Shown here: positions 20,416 to 28,158 of the stretch, one piece after another
Numbering within the stretch: position 1 is the stretch's first letter
Layout of the letters: each line of letters begins with the position of its first letter
DNA from: Bacteroidales bacterium
GTDB taxonomy: Bacteria; Bacteroidota; Bacteroidia; Bacteroidales; F082
Length of the DNA: 64,000 nt
Reading direction: 5' to 3'
Assembly (NCBI GenBank): GCA_035325985.1
Contig: DAOKYW010000016.1
Coordinates: forward strand, 4,126-68,125
Made by a program: the position numbers and the translations under genes
Notes under the pieces: generated by a model
Seen by the model: only the letters and a program-made list of their open reading frames with translations
What the model was told of the DNA's origin: nothing
Databases searched by the model: none

Positions 20416-20454
20416 AAAAACAGGGCAGACAGGCCGGCTAGCCGACCTGCTGCC
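20416..20454 (-). terminator. intercistronic terminator-like hairpin between norB and norQ
   Basis: The minus strand reads GGCAGCAGGTCGGC-TA-GCCGGCCTGTCTGCC (GC-rich stem with one bulge and one mismatch), followed by CTGTTTTTAAAAT. The T-run ends 17 nt before the norQ ATG. Confidence 0.45.
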
Positions 20455-20472
20455 TAAAAAACAAACATGGAG

Positions 20473-21828
20473 CTAATAAATAGTTTTTAAATCTTCTTCC
20501 ATTCCTATAGCCTCATCCTGAGGTGATCCGTACCGGAAAAATTCGATGATATACAGTATAATCCCTGTGGCAAACATGGTTGCCGTGAGCACAAGAACAA
20601 AGAAATGTACCTCAAGCTCCTGCTGCACTGCACCGAATTCAAGCCCGGTTTTTCGCTCAAGATAAACCTGTGCCACGCCGGCAACTCCAAATGCCATGGT
20701 CATGCCAATCATGCCAATATTCGAAAGCCAGAATGCGAGCTGTCCGTTAACCGTATCATACAGCCTTCTTCCTGTAAGATTGGGCATGGCAAATGTGATG
20801 AAGCTGAAAACTATCATCCCGTAGGCTCCCCAAAAGGCAAGGTGACCATGCATTGCGGTTACCAGCGTTCCGTGTGTGTACATATTAACCTGGGGTAAGG
20901 TATGGGCCATTCCGAGCAGGCCCGCGCCTGTAAATGCCATAATGGCTGTACCCAAAGTCCAGTATAGCGCCAATTTGTTTGGATGTCGCTTTTCCCCTTT
21001 GCGGTACATCGCTACTGCAAACAGTGCCATGGCCAAAAAGGCAAGTGGCTCAAGCATCGAAAAAATGCCGCCGACAATGAGCCAAATTTTACCTACACCT
21101 ATGTAGTAATAATGGTGACCTGTTCCCAGAACACCTGATAGGAAGGTTAGACCAACAATGACATACAGCCACTTTTCAATTACCTCGCGGTCAACACCCG
21201 TAAGTTTTATCAGCAGAAATGCGAGAATACCGCCCATGATGAGCTCCCAAACACCTTCGACCCACAGATGCACAACCCACCAACGGAAAAACGAGTCCAT
21301 GGTCTGATTGTCAAACCAGATCATTCCCGGCAAATAAAGCAAGGCAGCAAATAGCAGACCCATTGCTAATACCATCGCAGTAGTGGTGCGTGTCTTTCCT
21401 TTATAAAGTGTCGTTAGTATGATCCCCAAAAATGTCAGCACATTCACCACCACGAGCCAGTCGAGCGGTCGTGGTATCTCCAGAAACTTGCGACCTTCCC
21501 AATAATTGAGGTGGTAGCCGATGATGGCAACAACTCCCACTAAAAGAAAGGAAATGAGCTGAGCATAAGCCAGCTTGACTGCAACAAGCTCGCGCTGAGC
21601 CTCTTCGGGAATAATATAATAGGCTGCCCCCATAAACCCTAAAAGTATCCAAACAACCAAAAGGTTTGTGTGTGTTGCACGGGCTGTATTGAATGGGATA
21701 AACTCATGAAGCCCATCATAGCCCATTCGGGCAAATCCCATGATGAATCCGTAGGTGATCTGCAACGAAAGCAATAGGATAGCCGCTGCAAAAAACCAAT
21801 AAGCAACTTTTTGTGATTCGTATTTCAT
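20473..21828 (-). CDS. norB: nitric oxide reductase large subunit NorB (cNOR type)
   Basis: 451 aa with 12 TM segments, heme-copper oxidase subunit I fold. VVHLWVEGVWE and GTGHHYYYIG match the His/Glu and His-His non-heme-iron ligand positions of cNOR. Confidence 0.92.
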   Translation of the reverse strand: MKYESQKVAYWFFAAAILLLSLQITYGFIMGFARMGYDGLHEFIPFNTARATHTNLLVVWILLGFMGAAYYIIPEEAQRELVAVKLAYAQLISFLLVGVVAIIGYHLNYWEGRKFLEIPRPLDWLVVVNVLTFLGIILTTLYKGKTRTTTAMVLAMGLLFAALLYLPGMIWFDNQTMDSFFRWWVVHLWVEGVWELIMGGILAFLLIKLTGVDREVIEKWLYVIVGLTFLSGVLGTGHHYYYIGVGKIWLIVGGIFSMLEPLAFLAMALFAVAMYRKGEKRHPNKLALYWTLGTAIMAFTGAGLLGMAHTLPQVNMYTHGTLVTAMHGHLAFWGAYGMIVFSFITFAMPNLTGRRLYDTVNGQLAFWLSNIGMIGMTMAFGVAGVAQVYLERKTGLEFGAVQQELEVHFFVLVLTATMFATGIILYIIEFFRYGSPQDEAIGMEEDLKTIY

Positions 21829-21850
21829 GACTTTGTGTTTTGGTTGGTTA

Positions 21851-22276
21851 TTAACGCTTTACATCGGGTTTTGGCGGAAATCCGTTCAAATCAACTTCTC
21901 CTGCCCATTTTAGAAACGCAACGAGGTCGTTGGCCTGCTCTTCCGAAAAGCCGTAAGCCACCATTTTGCGACCGCGCGGTGCCCAGGGCACTTTCGACAT
22001 TAATGCAGCCTTGATGTATCCCTCACCCCGGCGTTCGTATACCTTGGTGAGCTCTGGAGCATAATAGGCTCCTTCGCCAAAAATGGTATGACAGCCCATG
22101 CAATTGTTCTTCTCCCATAGGGCTTTGCCACGTACCACTTCAGCGTTAAGAAGATGCGCATTGGTTTGTGCGGGAACCTCGTTGACCAACGAGTTCCACG
22201 ATAATCCCAGGAAAATGGCAAAAGTAACTGCCGTTCCTCCCAGAAAAAAAGTGCGTGCTTGTGATTTCGACAACAT
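21851..22276 (-). CDS. norC: nitric oxide reductase cytochrome c subunit NorC
   Basis: 141 aa. N-terminal membrane anchor and a single CMGCH heme-c motif. The context NCMGCHTIFGEGAYYAPELT is typical of NorC. Confidence 0.88.
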   Translation of the reverse strand: MLSKSQARTFFLGGTAVTFAIFLGLSWNSLVNEVPAQTNAHLLNAEVVRGKALWEKNNCMGCHTIFGEGAYYAPELTKVYERRGEGYIKAALMSKVPWAPRGRKMVAYGFSEEQANDLVAFLKWAGEVDLNGFPPKPDVKR

Positions 22277-22362
22277 AGCAATGGTTTTTGGTTAATGCTT
22301 GTATTACTGAGCGTTATGCTTTAAGTATTGAATTATTTAGGATAACCAGTACTTAATTTCGA

Positions 22363-22370
22363 CAAATGTA
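22363..22370 (-). promoter_or_regulatory. candidate -7 box (TACATTTG) for the nor operon
   Basis: TAnnTTTG on the minus strand, 87 nt upstream of the norC ATG, inside an AT-rich 175-bp spacer. Confidence 0.35.
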
Positions 22371-22437
22371 ATACAGAAATAAGTATTTCGGTTATGTAAT
22401 TCCGAATTATTTTTAATGAAATTTCATTTTATTGAAA

Positions 22438-22467
22438 GGCGCCTGATTTCATTAAAAATCCGGCGCC
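22438..22467 (-). terminator. possible rlmN terminator hairpin
   Basis: The minus strand reads GGCGCCGGATTT-TTAATG-AAATCAGGCGCC (12-bp stem, one mismatch). It includes the rlmN stop codon and is followed by TTTCAATAAAAT. Confidence 0.4.
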
Positions 22468-23498
22468 TGCACTTTCACCAATTCTTTGGTGCTGAGCAGT
22501 CCGCAGGCAGCAAAGATGTCCTGCCCGCGTGAGGCGCGCACAGTAGTGCGTATGCCCTTTTTAACCAAAGCCTCCCTGAATAGCTGAATCGTTTGCTCGG
22601 TAGAGCTTTCCAATGGGGTGTCGGGAATGGGATGAAAACGGATGAGATTGATACGACAGCGTAATCCGTTGAGCAGTTTTGTGAGTCCTTTCACGTGTCG
22701 GGGCGTATCGTTGAGGTCTTTAAACATAATGTATTCGAACGAGATGCGCCGCTGCCGGCTAAGGTCGAAGGTTCGCAGTACCTCGATGACCTCCTCGGCT
22801 GGGTAAACATTCTCGATGGGCATTAGCTTGCGCCTTTCGTCATGAAAAGGGCTGTGAAGGCTGATGGCCAGATGGCATTCTGAATGTTCGATGAAATGTT
22901 TCATGGCCGGTATCATGCCAATGGTGGACACTGTAATGCGGCGCGGACTCATGCCAAAGCCCCATTCGGCCGTTAGGATTTCGAGGCTTCGCATCACTTC
23001 TTCAAGATTGTCGAGGGGCTCGCCCATGCCCATGTAAACGATGTTGGTGAGCTTGTCGCGCTCGGGCAAACTGCTGATCTGGTTGAGAATTTCGCCGGCG
23101 GATAACTGCGACTGAAATCCCTGCTTGCCCGTCATGCAAAAAAGGCAACCCATTTTGCAGCCCACTTGCGACGAAACGCACAGCGTTGCACGATCCTCGT
23201 CGGGAATATATGCCGCCTCCACAAAGCGGTTGGTGCCGCTGCGATAGAGATATTTCTTGGTTCCATCTGCCGAAATCTGCACAGATGTCGGATTGCTCTT
23301 GCCAAGCACATAGTGCTCATTGAGCAGTGCACGCGCCTGTCTGGACAGGTTGCTCATTTTATCAATGCTGTCCAAATGCTTATTGTAGAGCCAGTCGATA
23401 ATCTGACCCGCCGCAAAAGCCGGAAGACCGAGTTGAGCGGCTATTTCGCGGATTTCGGCAGCGGTTTTGCCGAAAAGTGCAGGTTTTTGCTGTTCCAT
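22452..23498 (-). CDS. rlmN: 23S rRNA/tRNA adenine-C2 methyltransferase RlmN (radical SAM)
   Basis: 348 aa. Radical SAM motif CKMGCLFC and conserved C-terminal Cys region DIFAACG. Confidence 0.95.
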   Translation of the reverse strand: MEQQKPALFGKTAAEIREIAAQLGLPAFAAGQIIDWLYNKHLDSIDKMSNLSRQARALLNEHYVLGKSNPTSVQISADGTKKYLYRSGTNRFVEAAYIPDEDRATLCVSSQVGCKMGCLFCMTGKQGFQSQLSAGEILNQISSLPERDKLTNIVYMGMGEPLDNLEEVMRSLEILTAEWGFGMSPRRITVSTIGMIPAMKHFIEHSECHLAISLHSPFHDERRKLMPIENVYPAEEVIEVLRTFDLSRQRRISFEYIMFKDLNDTPRHVKGLTKLLNGLRCRINLIRFHPIPDTPLESSTEQTIQLFREALVKKGIRTTVRASRGQDIFAACGLLSTKELVKVQAPDF

Positions 23499-23507
23499 TT
23501 TCCTCGT

Positions 23508-24191
23508 CTAAAAATAAATTTCCGACATCATTTGTTCAATCGGCACCCCTTTACTTATGAGAATGTCGCGAACTTCTACCACCATTTCGGCACTGCCGCA
23601 TAAATAATAAAGGAGTGTCGGGTCGAAATGCGGCTGTTCCTTTAGCCATCTGGTGAGCCTGCCGGAATACAATCCCGGTCCGCTTTCCTGCGAACAACAG
23701 CGAACATAGCGCTCCCCAAAAGCGCTAAGCATCTCATGATCAAAATAAAATGAATCGGCTGTTCTGCCGCCATGAATAAGCATTTTGTTTTGACCCAGTC
23801 CGGCGCGCATCATAGCGCGATAAGGGGCTATGCCTGTGCCGGCTGCTATCCACCAGGCCGGCTTTTGATCGCCCAAAAAAGCACCAAAGGGCGCCGATAC
23901 ACTCAATGTATCACCGGGTTTAAGGTTTGCAAGTCTGGGCGTAAGCAAGCCATCCGGTTTAATGTTGAAGAGCAATTCAATGTAAGGATCATTAGGGCCG
24001 CTGGCAATGCTGTAGAGCCGGGGCGGCAATCCGTCGAGGCTCAGGCCTACCACCTGACCTGGCAGAAAGCTCTGCCGCCTGGCAAGGCGAATCACATAAA
24101 CGCCTCTGCCAAGTTCGCTTTTACCTTCAAGGGTAACCGTGTCCAATCGCAGATTCTTCAGAAAAGTTGTAAGTCCGTTGTCCATGAGCAT
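23508..24191 (-). CDS. ferredoxin-NADP+ reductase-like FAD/NAD(P)-binding oxidoreductase
   Basis: 227 aa. FAD motif RLYSIAS and NAD(P) motif AAGTGIAP. Ends 9 nt upstream of rlmN. Confidence 0.8.
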   Translation of the reverse strand: MLMDNGLTTFLKNLRLDTVTLEGKSELGRGVYVIRLARRQSFLPGQVVGLSLDGLPPRLYSIASGPNDPYIELLFNIKPDGLLTPRLANLKPGDTLSVSAPFGAFLGDQKPAWWIAAGTGIAPYRAMMRAGLGQNKMLIHGGRTADSFYFDHEMLSAFGERYVRCCSQESGPGLYSGRLTRWLKEQPHFDPTLLYYLCGSAEMVVEVRDILISKGVPIEQMMSEIYF

Positions 24192-24304
24192 GTTTGGTGT
24201 CGCAAAATTAATGTATTGATTGAGCGCCGCCCTTGCAAAAAACTTTGTCTTTTGACGTACAAGTCTTAAATGGTTTACTTTTGTTGTTAATAAATAAACA
24301 ACCG

Positions 24305-24964
24305 ATGGATCCGGTTATCAGGGTTACGGTGGTTGACGACCACGAGATCTTCCGCAGCGGACTTCGCATGGTGATCAACAAGATGGGTTACGCCAAAGTG
24401 GTGGCCGAAGCCGGCGACGGAGAAGAGTTTCTGAAGCTGCTTCCCGAACTTGAAACCGATATCGTGCTTATGGACATTGAGATGCCCGTGCTTAACGGCT
24501 ATGAAGCAACACGTAACGCACTGGAGATCAATCCTGATTTGAAGATTATCGCCCTCACCATGTTTAAAGACGATGCCTACATACAGAGCATGATCGAGGC
24601 CGGAGTCAAAGGTTTTCTTATAAAAAATATCAGGAAGGAAGTGCTCGAGCGCGCGCTTCAGGCCGTTTACAACGGCAAGACCTATTACAGTGAGGAGCTT
24701 TGGGACTACTTCACCCGCAGCATCGTAAAGGAAGAAAAAAAGGAAGAAAAGCCTTCGGCCGAAGGCATGGCTCTTACAAGGCGCGAACTGGATGTGCTGC
24801 AACTGTTGGCTGAGGGCCTGAACAACAAGGAAATAGCCGACCGCTTGTTTGTAAGCGAACGCACCGTAGTAGGACACAAGTCGAACCTGATGTCGAAAAC
24901 CAATACCAAAAACACCGTTGCCCTACTCGCCTACGCACTTCGTAATGGGCTGATTGACATCTGA
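24305..24964 (+). CDS. LuxR/FixJ/NarL-family response regulator
   Basis: REC domain (VTVVDDHEIF, VLMDIEMPVLNG, IIALTMF, GFLIKN) plus a LuxR HTH (LTRRELDVLQLLAEGLNNKEIADRLFVSERTV). Start trimmed from 24233 to ATG 24305. No kinase is directly adjacent. Confidence 0.9.
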   Translation: MDPVIRVTVVDDHEIFRSGLRMVINKMGYAKVVAEAGDGEEFLKLLPELETDIVLMDIEMPVLNGYEATRNALEINPDLKIIALTMFKDDAYIQSMIEAGVKGFLIKNIRKEVLERALQAVYNGKTYYSEELWDYFTRSIVKEEKKEEKPSAEGMALTRRELDVLQLLAEGLNNKEIADRLFVSERTVVGHKSNLMSKTNTKNTVALLAYALRNGLIDI

Positions 24965-24987
24965 TTATCATTTCTAATTACAGTTTA

Positions 24988-25024
24988 TTGCGTTTTTACG
25001 CAATTGCTTTGCGTAAAAACGCAA
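24988..25024 (+). promoter_or_regulatory. nested palindrome: two TTGCG-N6-CGCAA sites 21 bp apart that together form a 16-bp inverted repeat
   Basis: TTGCGTTTTTACGCAA (24988-25003), spacer TTGCT, then TTGCGTAAAAACGCAA (25009-25024). The two arms are exact reverse complements, and each arm is itself a 5+5 palindrome. The element starts 24 nt after the LuxR-RR stop and lies about 80-115 bp upstream of the -7 box at 25102. Confidence 0.5.
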
Positions 25025-25101
25025 TTCCTCTTTCGCCAGTCCGCAATATTTATATTGTGAAAACAGTAACAATGTACCTTTTCCATACCCAAAAGTGGGT
25101 A

Positions 25102-25109
25102 TATTTTTG
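25102..25109 (+). promoter_or_regulatory. candidate -7 box (TATTTTTG) for the hydrogenase operon
   Basis: TAnnTTTG, 48 nt upstream of the ATG at 25157. Confidence 0.4.
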
Positions 25110-25156
25110 TAACGCGATTGTTAGAAAATTCACATTAACACCAAAAAGATACAACA

Positions 25157-25675
25157 ATGAAAAAGGCAAAGATTCTCGTAGTTGACGACGACATGGATGT
25201 GATCAACGTCCTTGAGCCCATGCTCACCCACGAAGGTTATGAAGTGCTAACCGCCTACAACAAGCAGGAAGGCTTGGAAATCGCCCGCCGCGAACGGCCC
25301 GATCTGGCCATCCTCGACGTGATGATGACCACCCAGTACGAGGGTTTCGAGCTGGCAAAGGAATTTGTTGACGATCCTGAGCTAAGGGGCACTGCCACGC
25401 TGATGGAAACCTCCATCGAGGTGCTGATGACCACCAAGCCCAGCGTACAGGCTATGGCGCGCGAATTCCGCAACGACCCTAATTACAAGGAGCTGCAGGT
25501 GATCCTGATCCGCGATATCGTTACAGGAAATGCCGGAATTGACTACCGTGCCGAAGACGGCCGCTCGGTCTGGGTACCTGTTGACGGTTTTATCCGCAAG
25601 CCAGTTGACCGTTCGCGACTGCTCCCTGAAATCGAACGCATCCTGAACAAAAAGGCCGAAGCCGCCAATGCTTAA
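25157..25675 (+). CDS. single-domain response regulator receiver with a ~40-residue insertion
   Basis: 172 aa. Acidic pocket VVDDD, phospho-acceptor context AILDVMM (Asp54), and conserved Lys-Pro FIRKPV at residue 148. That is about 94 residues after the Asp, against about 50 in canonical REC domains. Confidence 0.75.
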   Translation: MKKAKILVVDDDMDVINVLEPMLTHEGYEVLTAYNKQEGLEIARRERPDLAILDVMMTTQYEGFELAKEFVDDPELRGTATLMETSIEVLMTTKPSVQAMAREFRNDPNYKELQVILIRDIVTGNAGIDYRAEDGRSVWVPVDGFIRKPVDRSRLLPEIERILNKKAEAANA

Positions 25676-25716
25676 CAAACGCATATACTATTTGCACATT
25701 CAATGCTAACCAAGCC

Positions 25717-26181
25717 ATGAGCGAAGCAGTTAAAGAAATTTTGAAACAATATCCCGGTGCCGGCCACGACAGCCTCATCCCCATACTCCAGCAGGTTCAG
25801 GACAAGATGGGCTATCTGTCGGAAGAATCGGTGATTGAAGTGGGCAAACACCTCAATATGCCGGCCAGCAAGATCTTTGGGGTAGCCACTTTTTACAACC
25901 AGTTCAGGTTTACCCAGCCCGGCAAATACCATATTCAAGTGTGCCGCGGCACAGCCTGCCACGTATTGGGTTCAGCCACGGTGCTCGACGAGCTCGAGAA
26001 GCTGCTGAAAATCAAATCTGGCCAGACTTCGCGCGATAAAATGTTCAGTTTGGAAGTAGTGGCCTGTATCGGCGCCTGTGGTCTGGCTCCCGTAATCAGT
26101 ATCAACGGCGAGTTTCATGCTAAGGTGACCTCAGAAACGCTGAAAAATATCATTGAAAACTACCGCAACAGGGAGGCATAA
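25717..26181 (+). CDS. hydC: NuoE-like [2Fe-2S] subunit of a NAD(P)H-linked [FeFe]-hydrogenase (HydC/HndA type)
   Basis: 154 aa. Cys motifs CRGTACHVLG and CIGACGLAP of the thioredoxin-like 2Fe-2S fold. Confidence 0.9.
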   Translation: MSEAVKEILKQYPGAGHDSLIPILQQVQDKMGYLSEESVIEVGKHLNMPASKIFGVATFYNQFRFTQPGKYHIQVCRGTACHVLGSATVLDELEKLLKIKSGQTSRDKMFSLEVVACIGACGLAPVISINGEFHAKVTSETLKNIIENYRNREA

Positions 26182-26183
26182 TT

Positions 26184-28124
26184 ATGACCACAGATAAAAG
26201 TTACCTTATTGAGAACGCCCTCAAGGTGAGTGAGCGTTCGAAACTGACTCCCGAAACCGAGCGCAAACTCCGGTATATCAGGCACGAAGAAAATACCAGT
26301 CCGGTAATCTTTGTCGGGGCAGGCACCTGCGGACTTGGCGCCGGAGCAGCCGAAACCATGGCCAAAACCAAAGAATGGCTCGAGGCGCGCAATATCGAGG
26401 CTCAAGTGGTACCCGTAGGCTGCATCGGCCTTTGCTCGAGCGAACCTTTACTGGATGTTAAACTCCCTGGAAAGAAGCGTATCTCGTTCGAAAAAGTAAC
26501 CGGCGACAAAGTTGAAGAGCTTTTAAACCTTGTTTTCGAAGGACAGCTGCCCGAAAATTCCATCCTGGGCCAGTTCTCGGCTCAGGAAAACCAGGAAGAC
26601 TGGAAAGGCATCAACGATATCAATTTGCACCCGTTTTTCAAACCTCAGGTGCGTATCGTACTCGAAAACTGCGGCATCATCGACCCTGTCAGCATCGAAG
26701 AATACATAGCCCGCGGCGGCTACAAAGCCTATCTCAATACCCTTAAGGTGTTCACGCGCAGCGAACTGTGCGACTATGTGGAAAAAAGCGGCTTACGCGG
26801 TCGCGGGGGCGGAGGATTTCCGACAGGCAAAAAATGGAAGTTTGCTTTGGGCACCGAAGCCGACCAGAAATACCTGATTTGCAATGCAGACGAAGGCGAC
26901 CCTGGTGCTTTTATGGATCGCGCCGTAATTGAAGGCGACCCTCACCGTCTGCTCGAGGGCATGATGATAGCGGCTTATGCCATTGGAGCAACCAAAGCCT
27001 ATATCTACATCAGGGCCGAATACCCGCTGGCTATTGAGCGCCTGGTCATTGCCATCGAAAAGGCTAAGGAATATGGCCTGCTGGGCAATGACATCTTCGG
27101 CACCGGAATAAAGCTGGATATTGTCATCAAGAAAGGAGCCGGGGCTTTTGTTTGCGGAGAAGAAACAGCGCTCATCCATAGCATCGAAGGCAAGCGGGGT
27201 ATGCCACGACCCAGGCCGCCATTCCCCGCTGTCAGCGGTTTGTTTGGCAAGCCCACCATCATCAACAACGTTGAAACCCTGGCCAACCTTCCCACCATCA
27301 TCAACAAAGGCGCCGACTGGTTTGCCGCAATGGGCACATCAACCAGCAAAGGCACAAAAGTGTTTGCCCTTTCGGGCAAAATTGCCACAACAGGACTGGT
27401 TGAAATTCCTATGGGCACTTCCATTCGCGATATCATTTATAAAATTGCCGGAGGCGTGGCTAACGGAAAACGCTTTAAGGCAGTGCAGATGGGTGGCCCG
27501 TCGGGTGGTTGCGTAACCGAAACTAACCTCGACATTCCCGTTGACTACGAAAGCCTTATCAATGTGGGCGCCATGATGGGATCCGGTGGCATGGTAATCA
27601 TGGACGAAGACACCTGCATGGTGGATGTAGCCAAGTTTTTCATGGACTTCATTCAGCGCGAGAGCTGCGGCAAGTGCATACCCTGCCGCGAAGGAACCCG
27701 TCGCATGCTCGAAATCATCGACAGCATCACCACCAAGCCCAAAAACCGTGAGATACATGAACCTTTAGCCCGATTCAAAGGTGTAATGCAGCTGGAACAA
27801 CTGGGCAGAGTTATTAAAGACACCTCGCTCTGCGGCTTAGGACAAACAGCACCCAATCCGGTGTTAAGCACATTGCAGTGGTTCCGCGAGGAATACGAAG
27901 AGCATGTATTCGACAAGAAATGCCGTGCCGGTGTATGTCAGAATCTTCGCGAATACAGCATCGATGTGGATAAATGCACCGGTTGCACTATTTGCGCCAA
28001 AAAGTGCCCGACCAATGCCATCATCGGAAGTCGTAAAAACCCTTACTACATCATCCCCGACAAATGCATCAGCTGTGGCGCCTGCATGGAAGCCTGCAAT
28101 TTCGATGCCGTGAGGGCCAGCTAA
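26184..28124 (+). CDS. hydB: NuoF-like flavoprotein subunit of a NAD(P)H-linked [FeFe]-hydrogenase (HydB/HndC type)
   Basis: 646 aa. N-terminal 2Fe-2S thioredoxin-like domain (GTCGLGAG...VGCIGLCSSEP), FMN/NADH site GRGGGGFPTGKKW, SCGKCIPCREG, and a C-terminal pair of CxxCxxCxxxCP motifs. Confidence 0.93.
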   Translation: MTTDKSYLIENALKVSERSKLTPETERKLRYIRHEENTSPVIFVGAGTCGLGAGAAETMAKTKEWLEARNIEAQVVPVGCIGLCSSEPLLDVKLPGKKRISFEKVTGDKVEELLNLVFEGQLPENSILGQFSAQENQEDWKGINDINLHPFFKPQVRIVLENCGIIDPVSIEEYIARGGYKAYLNTLKVFTRSELCDYVEKSGLRGRGGGGFPTGKKWKFALGTEADQKYLICNADEGDPGAFMDRAVIEGDPHRLLEGMMIAAYAIGATKAYIYIRAEYPLAIERLVIAIEKAKEYGLLGNDIFGTGIKLDIVIKKGAGAFVCGEETALIHSIEGKRGMPRPRPPFPAVSGLFGKPTIINNVETLANLPTIINKGADWFAAMGTSTSKGTKVFALSGKIATTGLVEIPMGTSIRDIIYKIAGGVANGKRFKAVQMGGPSGGCVTETNLDIPVDYESLINVGAMMGSGGMVIMDEDTCMVDVAKFFMDFIQRESCGKCIPCREGTRRMLEIIDSITTKPKNREIHEPLARFKGVMQLEQLGRVIKDTSLCGLGQTAPNPVLSTLQWFREEYEEHVFDKKCRAGVCQNLREYSIDVDKCTGCTICAKKCPTNAIIGSRKNPYYIIPDKCISCGACMEACNFDAVRAS

Positions 28125-28158
28125 TCAAGCCATCAATAACTACAAAAGCCAAGCAACG

